Source of the DNA: a virus
Lineage: Duplodnaviria > Heunggongvirae > Uroviricota > Caudoviricetes
IMG/VR virus record: IMGVR_UViG_3300028800_000066
Location: 8,207-72,206 of that record
DNA length: 64,000 bases
Strand: one strand, 5' to 3'
How positions within the stretch are numbered: position 1 is the first letter of the stretch; every line of letters begins with the position of its first letter. The notes under the pieces are model-generated. The model did not search any database and had not been told where the DNA came from. It worked only from the letters and a program-made list of their open reading frames with translations. Made by a program: the position numbers and the translations under genes. Below are positions 20,413 through 30,725 of the stretch, piece by piece.

Positions 20413-20679
20413 TTATTTGATTGAGATTCCTATATCATATCTGTCTTTGGAAGTTTGATTTGCTATAGAACTTTTTGCTTTATAAATTTCTCTTCCTTTA
20501 GGGCATTGATACTGATTATCTCCAGTCTTCTGTAATTTAACTCCGGTATGAACTGGACAGTTTGCCGAAATTATATCAACGCCTCCCCAATCAGGGTCAA
20601 GTTGTGGTTGATTACGTTCCAAATCACTTGTGTTGACAAAGAGATTCATAGCGATTTTCTTTCTATAATTAGCCATCAT
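20413..20679 (-). CDS. zinc-ribbon protein
   Basis: Start moved to ATGATG preceded by AAGGAG. CPVHTG...CPKG. Confidence 0.45.
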   Translation of the reverse strand: MMANYRKKIAMNLFVNTSDLERNQPQLDPDWGGVDIISANCPVHTGVKLQKTGDNQYQCPKGREIYKAKSSIANQTSKDRYDIGISIK

Positions 20680-20686
20680 AGGCTCC

Positions 20687-21472
20687 TTATCTCTTTGTTC
20701 TATTTGGGTCAGGACTGATTTCGTTAACTGGCTTGAAACCATCCTTCTCATCTACTGGTTCACCTGAACTATAAGTATCAAAAGCTGAGAATCCAGAGGT
20801 TTGTTCTGAAACAGAACCAATAGCCGATGTGACTTTACCGCACTTTGGGCATCTCCAAACTTCGCTCTCTCTTTCAATCTTCATCGCTCTCTTTTGGTCA
20901 AATCCAAGAAGTTCTTTCCAAACTCCAACACAAGTTGGTTCACCACAATAACGGCCATAAGCGGCATAGTCTTCTTCGATAGAGTAGACTTTGTTTAGTC
21001 TTTTCTCTTTCTGCTCTGCAATCTTTTTGAAGTTCATTTTTGTCTCCATCTTGCCTTGAATTATTTCGTTCATTTCCATCGCTGGATTATTTCTGTGAAC
21101 GACTTTTGTAGGAAATTTAGGTGTTGCATCTGGTGTTTGTAAGTGGTCCCAATTTTCTTGAACTGGATTATACTTTTTAGCATCAGACCTATCAATCATT
21201 TCGCCCTCACCATTCCAAGGAGCCCCACCGCCATCACTTCTATCTCTGCCTGGATAAGGTGAACCTGGAACTTGTGAATTATCCCAAAGAGCCTGTCTTA
21301 TTGGACGTTTATCTCTGGCGCTAAATGGAATCCAACCGCTTCCGGTATCATGATAACTATCCTGAATCTGGTCACTATCGCTTTCTTTTTGAACTCCAAA
21401 ATCATCAGCGAATGGATTCTTTTTGCCCGAACCTTGGTTTGGGCGCGGACTTTGATACTTGTTCTCGTCCAT
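20687..21472 (-). CDS. hypothetical protein (C-terminal zinc ribbon WRCPKCG)
   Basis: ORF with AGAGG RBS. Confidence 0.5.
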   Translation of the reverse strand: MDENKYQSPRPNQGSGKKNPFADDFGVQKESDSDQIQDSYHDTGSGWIPFSARDKRPIRQALWDNSQVPGSPYPGRDRSDGGGAPWNGEGEMIDRSDAKKYNPVQENWDHLQTPDATPKFPTKVVHRNNPAMEMNEIIQGKMETKMNFKKIAEQKEKRLNKVYSIEEDYAAYGRYCGEPTCVGVWKELLGFDQKRAMKIERESEVWRCPKCGKVTSAIGSVSEQTSGFSAFDTYSSGEPVDEKDGFKPVNEISPDPNRTKR

Positions 21473-21833
21473 GTTTGATAACCTCTTTCGCCAAATTAGC
21501 TCTGTGAATTTTTATAGCATTATCAACTACAGCTTTTTGTATTCCGAGGAATTTGGCGACTTGCTCGGCTTTGTCAGCATCTTTTGGATACTTACTTATA
21601 AGTTTTTCCATTCTCGCTTTGTTATCTTCGTCTCTTATTTCGTCTTGAGAAAGTCGCTCAATTTTATTAAAATCTGCTATTATTAAGTTCTGCATATCGG
21701 CAACTATAAGTTTGATGTTCTTAACATTCTTATCATTGCTCTTAAGAGTATGTAAATAATATTTTAAACCATCTACTTGGCTTCTAAGTTTACTTATGCT
21801 CGTGACGAGAGATTTTAGCTCTTGATAATTCAT
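21405..21833 (-). CDS. hypothetical protein
   Basis: ORF. Overlaps the downstream gene by 68 nt in another frame, so one of the two boundaries is uncertain. Confidence 0.4.
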   Translation of the reverse strand: MNYQELKSLVTSISKLRSQVDGLKYYLHTLKSNDKNVKNIKLIVADMQNLIIADFNKIERLSQDEIRDEDNKARMEKLISKYPKDADKAEQVAKFLGIQKAVVDNAIKIHRANLAKEVIKHGREQVSKSAPKPRFGQKESIR

Positions 21834-22266
21834 TTAAGTATGCTCTTCTGAGAATTTTGTTTTTATATGAAGAAGAATTTTTCTTGTTGAATAGCCAAGG
21901 CATCCATCTTCTATACCAGGGGTTTTTCTCCAGTCCAGTTTGAGGTTGTTCCTGTCCGGTCTGTGTTTGCTCTGGTTCTATCGTTTCAGTAGTAGGAGTT
22001 GTTTGAGTTGTCGGAGTCTGTTCTAGTTGCTTTGTTTTACCATAAGGGTCAAACTTACATCTGCAATTTGGATGACTTGTTCTGTATAATGGATTATCAT
22101 ATGTCAGCAATTCATCTATTGAATATATATTTCCATTGAATTGTTCACAAGCTGGGTCAGCCTCTATGTTGGCTACAAACACAACTGTTTCATATCCCAT
22201 TGACTTGAATCTATTCAGGTCATTTTTACTTAAATCGGGTCTAGTGATTCCTGCTGATTTGTTCAT
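21790..22266 (-). CDS. hypothetical Cys-containing protein
   Basis: ORF. Confidence 0.45.
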   Translation of the reverse strand: MNKSAGITRPDLSKNDLNRFKSMGYETVVFVANIEADPACEQFNGNIYSIDELLTYDNPLYRTSHPNCRCKFDPYGKTKQLEQTPTTQTTPTTETIEPEQTQTGQEQPQTGLEKNPWYRRWMPWLFNKKNSSSYKNKILRRAYLNELSRAKISRHEHK

Positions 22267-22285
22267 TATATCATATTCTCCCGAT

Positions 22286-23371
22286 TTATTTATTAAATGG
22301 TTCGTATAACTTTTTTTCCTTTGGTTGTGACTGAGCTTCTTTTTCTTCTCTCTTTTTGAAGAAGTGAGCTATGGCCGTTACAATAGCAGATAATCCCATA
22401 GACTTAACAACCAACATCATTGCATGAGCCTCTCTTAACTTGTCGGCATTGGTTAGATGAGTATAATATCTAGCATTAAAATCCGAAGTTCCTGCGGCAC
22501 CCAGAGCTATCATGAACGAGACAACCCATAAGAAAGCGGCAACGCCACCAATTTTATTGCTCATTTGAGCTGTAGCCGGAGCCATTGGAGGAGTTGGAAA
22601 GTTTGAATCAAAATTAGAAATGAAATCAAAGATGCTTTTTACGGCATCTGAAATGCTATCAAATCCTGAAAGGAAATGATATAAATTGTTAACTTTTTGT
22701 GATGGAGATAAATTGTCTACTTCTTCAACAACCTCTGAAACGTCAGCCGTCTTTGTTAAATCGGCTTTAATGATTCTAGCAATACGCTTTCTCCTATTTA
22801 AAGAAGCTTGCATACCAGGAAGTGGTGGAAGTTGAGCATTCTGTCCCATATTCGGAATCTTAGTTGGGTCAATTCCCAACTTTTTTCCGACTTCTTCAAC
22901 AAGTTGCTGTCTGCGCTTGTTGGATTCTTCTCTATAAATTTTTACAGCAAAAGAAGTTGTGGCCTGTTGTGCAACATTAGGGTCAGCCTTTAAGGTGTTT
23001 ACCATGTAATCTCTAATGGCTGGAATTTGTGTTGTATTCAATTGTTTCATGAGTTGTGGAATCATTGTTATGGCGGCATTGAAGTCAATATTAGCATATG
23101 CCGCAGGAGCAACTGGTGCGCCTGGAGCTACTGGAGCCTGAGGTGCCGCAGGAGCGCCAGCAACAGGCTGTGTTGCACCAACAGGAGCTTGAGCTACTGG
23201 AGCGGGTTGTTGCTGTGCCAATATTAATTTAATCTGTTCAATGGCAGATTTACGTTTCTTTACTCTCTTAGGCAATTTTTTTCCTTTTGGGGTGTGAGCT
23301 TCCCACTCAGCCGCCATTTCTGGCTTATTCGCCCACATCCATGCACGTTGTTTTTGGGATACAAATGGCAT
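22286..23371 (-). CDS. hypothetical protein with Ala/Pro-rich linker and C-terminal TM helices
   Basis: QPAPVAQAPVGATQPVAGAPAAPQAPVAPGAPVAPAAYA linker. Two hydrophobic C-terminal segments. Confidence 0.5.
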   Translation of the reverse strand: MPFVSQKQRAWMWANKPEMAAEWEAHTPKGKKLPKRVKKRKSAIEQIKLILAQQQPAPVAQAPVGATQPVAGAPAAPQAPVAPGAPVAPAAYANIDFNAAITMIPQLMKQLNTTQIPAIRDYMVNTLKADPNVAQQATTSFAVKIYREESNKRRQQLVEEVGKKLGIDPTKIPNMGQNAQLPPLPGMQASLNRRKRIARIIKADLTKTADVSEVVEEVDNLSPSQKVNNLYHFLSGFDSISDAVKSIFDFISNFDSNFPTPPMAPATAQMSNKIGGVAAFLWVVSFMIALGAAGTSDFNARYYTHLTNADKLREAHAMMLVVKSMGLSAIVTAIAHFFKKREEKEAQSQPKEKKLYEPFNK

Positions 23372-23373
23372 AA

Positions 23374-24825
23374 TTAATCCTGAAAACCTACATTGGCATT
23401 AGTGAAGAATCCGTAAACGGACTCCTTCTTTTTTTCAATTGAAGCTTCTCTTACAAATTGAATATAATTATCAGAAGCGGCCTTTAGTGCTCTATCGCCA
23501 AATCTTTCGGAGATGATATCCAAATATGAAGCGGCTTTTGTGAATTTTTCTTCATTGATGCTGGCTCTAATCTCGTCAACAATCTCACCATATGTTGCAT
23601 CGTGCTTTAAGTAAGCCAAGAACGCATCGCTGAATGCCTGTGTTGGGTCCGATGATGTTTCTGGTCTTGTTTCAACATTCTGGCTTGCGAAATAGCTCGA
23701 AACGTTGGTGGGAGTCAAATCTTGCTTAGTGTTATCAGAAGTGAAGAACGCTGGAGCTTCCAATGAATTGTTAGCTATAACAACCGGAATTGTGATGGTC
23801 TTCAATCCATTACGTGTATTCTGAGATGCGTTAAAAGCAAAAACTCCCTCAACCTTTTCGTCAGATGGTTCAATCTCATTACCATCTAACCCCAAAGCTC
23901 CGGAGTAAGAAATCTGAAGATTCACATTCATGGAACCTTGTCCATTAGCATGTTTTACTTTCTTTTCAATTAAGTTTCTAGCTTGTACGATAGCGTTGTT
24001 TATAGCGGTTTCAACATGACCTACATTGGATGTCAAAGAATCATCAAGGGGAACTGAATATGCAAGAGAGATATTGCTATTCTCTGTAACATCCGATGAA
24101 CCTTCTTTAATATCTTGACGTTCAGATATAATTGTACTCTCACCTAAAGCTCCAAATCCAGTGTGTTCAGTTTCGGATGCCTTCAAGACAGGAGAAAAAC
24201 TTGAGGCAAACGTTCTTAACTGTTCGGCTGTAAATGGAAGTCCCTTAGTGTGACCAGTTGCATAGAAAATCTCTGGGCTATTGATGTGTCCGTTAACTAT
24301 ATTAACAGGAACAGAAACGGTAGCTTGACCCTTGCCAGTGTTGAACGCCAAAGTCCACAAAGCTACGCCAGAATTGGCACCAGCTTGTGGTACGTTAACA
24401 TACTGCCCAAAATGATATTGTGGGTTAGTTACATTTCCGGAAGCCACTCTCTTGATGAGATTGAAGGAAGCGTCTTTGATTAATTCTTCCTGTGACTTTG
24501 GTTCGACATCAACGGGAGAGGGTCTAAAATCCTCATCATATCCAGCAACTCTAAATGGAGAACCCTCAGAGAAGCTTGTCTGTTCGTTCTTATCGAACAC
24601 TTCTTCAAGCTTGTCTTTAAAGTCAGACTGTGGATTCAAATTATAAACACTACTCCAAGTCTTCTTGATATCATCAGAGCTTACGATGAGTTCAGGATTC
24701 TTCTCCATCTTCTTCTCGTAAACTTCATGCATGATTCTAGAAACTTGGTCGTATCTGTTCTCTGAAGCTATCACACCTAGTCTTGAGACTAAATCAGAGA
24801 TAGCGAATCTTTTATTGATACTCAT
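23374..24825 (-). CDS. hypothetical protein (483 aa)
   Basis: ORF. Confidence 0.5.
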   Translation of the reverse strand: MSINKRFAISDLVSRLGVIASENRYDQVSRIMHEVYEKKMEKNPELIVSSDDIKKTWSSVYNLNPQSDFKDKLEEVFDKNEQTSFSEGSPFRVAGYDEDFRPSPVDVEPKSQEELIKDASFNLIKRVASGNVTNPQYHFGQYVNVPQAGANSGVALWTLAFNTGKGQATVSVPVNIVNGHINSPEIFYATGHTKGLPFTAEQLRTFASSFSPVLKASETEHTGFGALGESTIISERQDIKEGSSDVTENSNISLAYSVPLDDSLTSNVGHVETAINNAIVQARNLIEKKVKHANGQGSMNVNLQISYSGALGLDGNEIEPSDEKVEGVFAFNASQNTRNGLKTITIPVVIANNSLEAPAFFTSDNTKQDLTPTNVSSYFASQNVETRPETSSDPTQAFSDAFLAYLKHDATYGEIVDEIRASINEEKFTKAASYLDIISERFGDRALKAASDNYIQFVREASIEKKKESVYGFFTNANVGFQD

Positions 24826-24845
24826 TTGTGTTCTCCAATTTTATA

Positions 24846-25181
24846 TTATTCGCTGTCTGCTCTGACGATGTACTCAGAACCATCAGCATCTTTCTGTAAA
24901 AGCCAAACTCCACTCTTGTTAGTGTCAACTGGCTTCCAAACATCGAAGTATGCGTGTCTTAATCCAAAAGAATTAGCCTTAGTGGAAGCAACCTTATTAG
25001 GTATGATTCCCTTTTCAGTAAAATCTTTAGTCTGAACTTCAGCGGGAGACATTTCATCTCTTGCATCTAATTCCAAAGCGGCTTCGATATCTGATAGATT
25101 CATGTTTCCAGAACCATCATCGTGTCTAGATATTCTCATATTCATGTTGGTATTCTCCTGATTTCGGTATTTGTTTTGCAA
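24846..25181 (-). CDS. hypothetical protein
   Basis: ORF. Confidence 0.45.
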   Translation of the reverse strand: MQNKYRNQENTNMNMRISRHDDGSGNMNLSDIEAALELDARDEMSPAEVQTKDFTEKGIIPNKVASTKANSFGLRHAYFDVWKPVDTNKSGVWLLQKDADGSEYIVRADSE

Positions 25182-25213
25182 AAACCATATATTAAGCCTT
25201 TACAAAGATATTA

Positions 25214-25248
25214 GATTTATATTAAATTTTTGCTATTTTTAACAATTT
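25214..25248 (-). promoter_or_regulatory. candidate sigma70-type promoter TTGTTA-17/18-(A)TATAA
   Basis: rc of 25240-45 = TTGTTA, with ATATAA 17 nt downstream, upstream of ORF 24846..25181. Confidence 0.4.
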
Positions 25249-25265
25249 GTGACTGAGCAGTTTTG

Positions 25266-25304
25266 GACAACAAAAAGCCCCAGTCACCGCTAGGCAACTG
25301 AGGC
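25266..25304 (-). terminator. rho-independent terminator
   Basis: Minus-strand RNA CCUCAGUUGCC-UAGC-GGUGACUGGGG (11-bp stem including G-U pairs) followed by CUUUUUGUUG, downstream of ORF 25326..25721. Confidence 0.7.
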
Positions 25305-25325
25305 TGAATTTGTTTAAGTATTTGT

Positions 25326-25721
25326 TTAACTTAGCTTTATTTCTTTCAAAACTTCTTGAATCTTAGGGTCTTTAGCGCAGGCTTTTCGTAATCTTGCGAA
25401 TGCTATGTTCAATCTGGAATGCACAGCTTCTTGAGTTATAGACAAAATCGAACCCATATGTTCTTGTTTTTTGGATATTAAATACAAATCTATAACTTCT
25501 TGTTGTCGTTTTGTAAGGCAAGTATTGAATTTTTCCCTTATCAATCCTAGCAATTTCGCCTGCAACTCATCCAATTTCTTTCTTCTGTCTTCTTCTTCCA
25601 TCGGGTCTTTGGCTGTTTTATTCTTAAAACTATCCTGCATATCTTGAGGTGGCATCAGCTTCACCCTGTAGGTCCATTGCTGATTGTCATGTTCCTCTTT
25701 AGACATTTCTCTTCTTGGCAT
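25326..25721 (-). CDS. sigma-70 region-4-like HTH protein (small sigma or anti-sigma-like regulator)
   Basis: C-terminal LSITQEAVHSRLNIAFARLRKA resembles the sigma70 region 4.2 HTH. Confidence 0.5.
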   Translation of the reverse strand: MPRREMSKEEHDNQQWTYRVKLMPPQDMQDSFKNKTAKDPMEEEDRRKKLDELQAKLLGLIREKFNTCLTKRQQEVIDLYLISKKQEHMGSILSITQEAVHSRLNIAFARLRKACAKDPKIQEVLKEIKLS

Positions 25722-26547
25722 GTTGGTTTACCGCCTTTGGCAAAATTTGTCTTCGTTGTGCTTGTAGTTTTGAATCTTCACTTTGTTCTTTAACAGTCTT
25801 TAGAAATTCTTCCTTTCCATATTTTCTTATAAATTCATCAGGGTCTTTCGCACCCTTGAGTACAATCAAAAAAACCTCAACTTCTTTATTGAGCCTTATA
25901 TTTAGAACATTGTTCTTTTCACCAACAAAGAAGTTGGCGCTTCTTTTATTAAAACTAGCCATCGCTTTCCTACCACCCTCATCGTTATCAAATATTAGAT
26001 ATATTCTTGAGGTATATCTTGAAAGCAAATTGTAGTGTTCTTTTGTAAAAGCTGTTCCCTGGCAACCAACAGTATTTTCTAATCCCACTGTATGGGCAGT
26101 GATTACATCAGCATTTCCCTCATACACATAAGCTTTGTTTAACTCACGAATCATTCTTATGGCAAAATTCAATCCGTAAAGATATCTACCTTTATCATAG
26201 GCAGTATTAAAATACTTCGGTTTGTCATCTGCAAGAGTTCTTCCGGTAACAGCAATTAATTTACCATGAGTGTTCCAGACAGGAAAAATCACTCTGTTAT
26301 AAAGAAAGGTATTTCCCTTCTCATTCATAACACGAGCGTCTAGCAAGTCATCTTTGTCATATCCGCGCTTTAACAAAGCGGCAAACAATTGTGAATTTTT
26401 ACCTTGGGGAAAGAATCCCAGCCGCCATTTAGCAATAATTGTTGAATCCCAACCGCGACTGAGATAATAGTCTTTCGCTGTCTGTGTTAAATTTTTATCA
26501 GTAAATTCTACGACAGCATCAAATACGCTTTTCGTAATTAATGGCAT
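25699..26547 (-). CDS. DNA primase (TOPRIM domain, DnaG-like)
   Basis: EGNADVITAHTVG...IYLIFDNDEGGRKA (TOPRIM E...DxD motifs). Confidence 0.6.
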   Translation of the reverse strand: MPLITKSVFDAVVEFTDKNLTQTAKDYYLSRGWDSTIIAKWRLGFFPQGKNSQLFAALLKRGYDKDDLLDARVMNEKGNTFLYNRVIFPVWNTHGKLIAVTGRTLADDKPKYFNTAYDKGRYLYGLNFAIRMIRELNKAYVYEGNADVITAHTVGLENTVGCQGTAFTKEHYNLLSRYTSRIYLIFDNDEGGRKAMASFNKRSANFFVGEKNNVLNIRLNKEVEVFLIVLKGAKDPDEFIRKYGKEEFLKTVKEQSEDSKLQAQRRQILPKAVNQHAKKRNV

Positions 26548-27128
26548 TACCCTATTTCGATGTGAATGAATGTTGATGGGATAAACTTACAAAAATATTT
26601 GTCGGAATCTTTGTTATAATGGAAGAAGATATTGTTTTTAGAAGCCTTCTCTGCATTCACATAAACAACAACATTTCTGCCACTAGGCAATTTGGAACGA
26701 TTGTCTACCAAGCCAAATTGAACTGCACTAAATTGAAGTCCGCCTTTAGACACATTGAAAAAATCATTTTTATCAATGCATCCAAACAAATCTTTGGGTG
26801 TCTTCTCGATTCTTTCAAAAGATTCTGGAACATTCAGGTTTAAAATGACAGTGTGACCAAACTTCGCCTTGACCTTCATTCCATCGAAATAGAATAAATT
26901 CGCCGCATACTTTTTGGTCACACTAATCAATTCATCTTGAGTAAGCTTAAGCTTAAAGCGTTTATCGATGGACGATAAAACCTTAGTAGTTTCGGCGTAT
27001 CCATCTTGGTCCAGGGTAAGACCAGCAACTTTAGGCTTATGCCTTAATACGAACACCATAAAGCGACAAATGTTTTTGTATTTATCGACTAAGCTCTCTG
27101 TGGTGCCAATCTGTTTATTTTTATCCAC
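26547..27128 (-). CDS. hypothetical protein
   Basis: ORF. Confidence 0.5.
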   Translation of the reverse strand: MDKNKQIGTTESLVDKYKNICRFMVFVLRHKPKVAGLTLDQDGYAETTKVLSSIDKRFKLKLTQDELISVTKKYAANLFYFDGMKVKAKFGHTVILNLNVPESFERIEKTPKDLFGCIDKNDFFNVSKGGLQFSAVQFGLVDNRSKLPSGRNVVVYVNAEKASKNNIFFHYNKDSDKYFCKFIPSTFIHIEIG

Positions 27129-27142
27129 TTGTTATCCTCTTA

Positions 27143-27757
27143 TTATACTGCAACAGAGCTTGCATTCAAATACTTTTCCCAAGACGGATGAACTTTCTTC
27201 TTGGTCATTTTCCTCTTCTGCAAAGAACTGTTTGTCGGAACAACAGGCTTTCTCAAAAGTTTGAAACCAACTTCGGCCAAAGTCTTGTCACCCTTCTTCG
27301 AGTTACACTCGGAACAGGCGGCAACGCAGTTTTCAAAGTTAGTCTTACCACCCAAAGACTGCGGGTGAACGTGGTCGATGGTTATCTTTTTCTTCTTGTT
27401 AACCACAACACCATGCTCGGCCTTGAAGCCGCAATATTGACATGTGTAGTCATCCCTATAAAAGACGTTAATCTTTGAATACTTAACGGCTCTGTGTTTG
27501 GGCATGACGTTAGAATCCAACAAACGGATGATGGCCGGAATCTTCCAGACATACTTTCTGTTTGAGTTAGCGACCTCTCTATCATAAGCGATAGGAGTAA
27601 ATTCTTCCGTATCAGTATGCCATTCGTGCAACATTTCAGCGTCTCCCTCATAAAGATGAGAGATAGCATCCTGCCACTTAAGGATACCAACAACGTGGTA
27701 TGAAGAGTTTAAGACTAGAGTTCTTTCACCGCTCATGATACAATTCCTTTTTGTCAA
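27143..27757 (-). CDS. HNH endonuclease
   Basis: CQYCGF...IDHVHPQSLGGKTNFENCVAACSECNSKKG. Confidence 0.7.
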   Translation of the reverse strand: MTKRNCIMSGERTLVLNSSYHVVGILKWQDAISHLYEGDAEMLHEWHTDTEEFTPIAYDREVANSNRKYVWKIPAIIRLLDSNVMPKHRAVKYSKINVFYRDDYTCQYCGFKAEHGVVVNKKKKITIDHVHPQSLGGKTNFENCVAACSECNSKKGDKTLAEVGFKLLRKPVVPTNSSLQKRKMTKKKVHPSWEKYLNASSVAV

Positions 27758-27782
27758 TCCGTAATGGATTGAATATATCTAC

Positions 27783-27811
27783 ATTATAGCAAATTTCTGG
27801 CAATTTGTCAA
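27783..27811 (-). promoter_or_regulatory. consensus sigma70 promoter P5 (TTGACA-17-TATAAT)
   Basis: rc: GGTTGACAaattgccagaaatttgcTATAATgt, 25 nt upstream of the HNH gene start. Confidence 0.7.
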
Positions 27812-27833
27812 CCTTTTTTCGAAATATTTGCTA

Positions 27834-28613
27834 CTATTTCACCTTACGCAACTTTCTTGTTTTCTTCTTAATAAATTTAAGCTTTGGTTTAACTTGTACA
27901 ACCACCTCACCATCTTCATAGGTAATTGTAGTTTTGTTTCCCTCTATAATCACAGTTCTAATATCTTCACCAAAAATTTGCTTGGCGGCGATGTCTCTAA
28001 ACACAATTCTGCGAGTCAGACCGGATTTCTTAATTTGTTCTTCTTTATCTTTCTGCTCAAGGAATTGTTCCCATTGGTCCTGTAGGTCTTCCTCGGAAAT
28101 ATTTTTAATGAAATTGATGTCTTTTGGGGAGACCTTTACATTAAAACATTCAGAAAGATATATAGCCGCCGCTCTTTTGAGCACGGATTGGGTCAAATCT
28201 TTGTCGGAAACCACGACTTCGACCATATATGGTTTGTAACCAAATTCATTTTTGCTAGCTAACAAATAATGGTCTTGATGAATTTCCGGATTTTCGGGGT
28301 CATCGTAAAGAAATCGGAGAATTGGATTTTTATTTCTCTTGAATGCGGTGAGATTTTTAAATCCACCGAAACTCCAAGATACTTCATCCTTCTTCTCTTG
28401 TTCGTCCCATTCCTGTCTATCGAATAATTCTAGAAGCTCTTTGTAATCTTCTATTACTCTGTCTTTGGTTATGATTGTAGGGCAACGCTTAATAAGCTTG
28501 CCGTGATATCTAAAATAGATTGTGAGGTCAGTCCATTTTACTACTTGATTGTATTTTTTATCCCTGGGGAAAAGAACTGCTATATTATCTGCAAAAATAT
28601 TAACTGGGTGCAT
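27834..28613 (-). CDS. hypothetical protein
   Basis: ORF. Confidence 0.5.
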   Translation of the reverse strand: MHPVNIFADNIAVLFPRDKKYNQVVKWTDLTIYFRYHGKLIKRCPTIITKDRVIEDYKELLELFDRQEWDEQEKKDEVSWSFGGFKNLTAFKRNKNPILRFLYDDPENPEIHQDHYLLASKNEFGYKPYMVEVVVSDKDLTQSVLKRAAAIYLSECFNVKVSPKDINFIKNISEEDLQDQWEQFLEQKDKEEQIKKSGLTRRIVFRDIAAKQIFGEDIRTVIIEGNKTTITYEDGEVVVQVKPKLKFIKKKTRKLRKVK

Positions 28614-28628
28614 GTAGGAAAACCATCC

Positions 28629-29174
28629 TTATTTAGAATTGTATTCGTATTTTGCAACTCCTTCCGGTTTAGTGAGGGAATAATTTCCCTCTCTGGCAAT
28701 CTTTTCCATTATTTCTTTTACTAGGGCCAAAATTGGTGTGTTATCTGCGTTAGATAATCTCGCATTTTCATTTGAAACTAACAGGGTATTCAATTCATTG
28801 TTATAATTTTCTGGAACTACATACGCTAAATCCAAATATTCTTTAATAGTATTGTGGATTGTAAAGCTTCGAGTCACCAATTTTAATGAATGAGCAATGG
28901 AAGCAACCTTTAGTTGCGAAAGAAAGTCGTAACTATTGGCACCCTGGATAGAGTTACTTTCAACTCTAATTGGCATAAATTCAACAGATGATGTGATGGA
29001 AGATGAAATTTCAGTATCTACGCCAGTCATCACTTGGATAGGTAAAATTATCCATTTGCCAACAAATTCGTTATAATGCTTTGGATTTCCAGAGTTTTCA
29101 CATTTGAGTGCTATTTCTGGAGTGACGTATGAACCACCACAGACTTCACATACATATGTTTTTACTTCTTTCAT
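28629..29174 (-). CDS. hypothetical protein (N-terminal CxxC...C)
   Basis: ORF. Confidence 0.5.
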   Translation of the reverse strand: MKEVKTYVCEVCGGSYVTPEIALKCENSGNPKHYNEFVGKWIILPIQVMTGVDTEISSSITSSVEFMPIRVESNSIQGANSYDFLSQLKVASIAHSLKLVTRSFTIHNTIKEYLDLAYVVPENYNNELNTLLVSNENARLSNADNTPILALVKEIMEKIAREGNYSLTKPEGVAKYEYNSK

Positions 29175-29177
29175 AAT

Positions 29178-29369
29178 TTAAGCCTCTGCAACTTTCTTGA
29201 AATTCTTCAAAAAATATTCATACGCGCTCTCATTGACTCTATTTTCACCTTCATAACTCCAGTATACGGTGAAGCTATAGACATCAACTCTTTGAACAAT
29301 AACGTCAGGACGATTAATAATGTTAATTAATCTCCACTTTTGTCCATTCTTAATCTGCGTCTCGTCCAT
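29178..29369 (-). CDS. hypothetical small protein
   Basis: ORF. Confidence 0.35.
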   Translation of the reverse strand: MDETQIKNGQKWRLINIINRPDVIVQRVDVYSFTVYWSYEGENRVNESAYEYFLKNFKKVAEA

Positions 29370-30234
29370 TTACTTTAGCGTCTCGGAAATCATAGCCACC
29401 TTCGCGTCTTAGCTTCAAAAAGGCTCTACGCAACTTCTCAAGCGCCCTCTCTTCAATTTGCCTTACACGTTCAGAAGTAGTCCCAACAACCTCTACAATA
29501 TCCTTCAAGGTCATTAGATTATCTGAATCACTGAAATATCTAAGGACAATAATTTCACGTTCCCTATCATTAAGCTTTTCGTAAATGATTCCCAAAAGTT
29601 GTTCCCGATTTATCTTGTTGATAACAACCTGTTCCGGAGTCGGCTGAGTGTCACGAATGACATTCAACAATAAAGGCTTTCCATCCGACTTGTCACCATT
29701 AGCTTCCTGATGAATGCTGATGACCTTAATTTCAGTCATCACATTGTCGTTATCAATATACTTTCTCTTAAAAGTCTCGCTCTGGAAAAGTTTGTTCTTC
29801 AAGAATTCTGAATTGCTTGATTCGTCATCAAGGTCCAGAATCTCTCTGTATTTCTTATAGGAATAGTTCATGAATTGAACGTTCCTGGGTACAGTCACAA
29901 CAGACCTCTGGCAACCTTCAAAAATGTATTTGTAAACCCAATAGAAAAGATAGGTAGAAAAGGCAGTATCCTTTTCCAAATCAAACCTGTCTAATGCATC
30001 GAAGAATCCAAGAACACCATTCTGAAAGCAATCATCGGGGTCAGTATACATCTTAGAAAATTTCATAGAAATCTTCTTGATATAGCGAATATTGTTAAGG
30101 AAGATTTTCTCCCTTAAAACAAGCTTCTTCTCTTCATCAACTTCAGCCTTGTAAGCTCTGATTAATTCTCTGACTTCATCCTTGGAAATGAAATCTTGAG
30201 AAAGCTGGTCGTGAAGTATTTTGTTTTCTGACAT
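29350..30234 (-). CDS. sigma-70 family RNA polymerase sigma factor
   Basis: Region 2 (DDCFQNGVLGFFDALDRFD...YLFYWV) and region 4 (REREIIVLRYF...LKDIVEVVGTTSERVRQIEERALEKLRR). Start moved to MSENK (GAGGA RBS). Confidence 0.65.
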   Translation of the reverse strand: MSENKILHDQLSQDFISKDEVRELIRAYKAEVDEEKKLVLREKIFLNNIRYIKKISMKFSKMYTDPDDCFQNGVLGFFDALDRFDLEKDTAFSTYLFYWVYKYIFEGCQRSVVTVPRNVQFMNYSYKKYREILDLDDESSNSEFLKNKLFQSETFKRKYIDNDNVMTEIKVISIHQEANGDKSDGKPLLLNVIRDTQPTPEQVVINKINREQLLGIIYEKLNDREREIIVLRYFSDSDNLMTLKDIVEVVGTTSERVRQIEERALEKLRRAFLKLRREGGYDFRDAKVNGRDAD

Positions 30235-30241
30235 TCTATCC

Positions 30242-30661
30242 TCAGAAGGTAGAGTCGTGTCTGTTTGAGAATTTCTTTCCATCTTTATAACCCAGCGCAT
30301 ACATTTGGAGTGTATTCTCGGCTAGTGATTCGAAAATATAATAGTCGTAATCACCATTGCTTGCCAATTCATACGCCTTGTCATAGAATGCCAAAACGGT
30401 AGCATCTACAGCAAGGTCGTTAGTTCCTCTGTATGTATCAATCTTTTCTTTAATCTGTGTGGCGTGATTTTTGATGTCTCTTTGATTTTCTAGCTCAACA
30501 TCTTTTGCGATGGAGTAGATTATCTTATCTTCTCTATACTTAGCATGATTCAATTGGATTTGCATGTATCCCACATATCCAACCAAAAAAGTGAGTAAGA
30601 GTATTGTGGGTGTTATAGTTTTCTTCCATTTCCTGAGCACTAGCTTGAGTCTGTAAAGCAT
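30242..30661 (-). CDS. hypothetical membrane-anchored protein
   Basis: N-terminal TM helix. Confidence 0.4.
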   Translation of the reverse strand: MLYRLKLVLRKWKKTITPTILLLTFLVGYVGYMQIQLNHAKYREDKIIYSIAKDVELENQRDIKNHATQIKEKIDTYRGTNDLAVDATVLAFYDKAYELASNGDYDYYIFESLAENTLQMYALGYKDGKKFSNRHDSTF

Positions 30662-30725
30662 GACAACGTACCGCCTATACTTTATTTTCTTCTATCTTCC
30701 TTAGTCATGCCCCTAGAAGAATTGA

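Noticed and set aside
27752-27757. Second TTGACA box 50 nt upstream of P5
   Set aside because: No TATAAT-like hexamer 16-19 nt downstream. Probably fortuitous.
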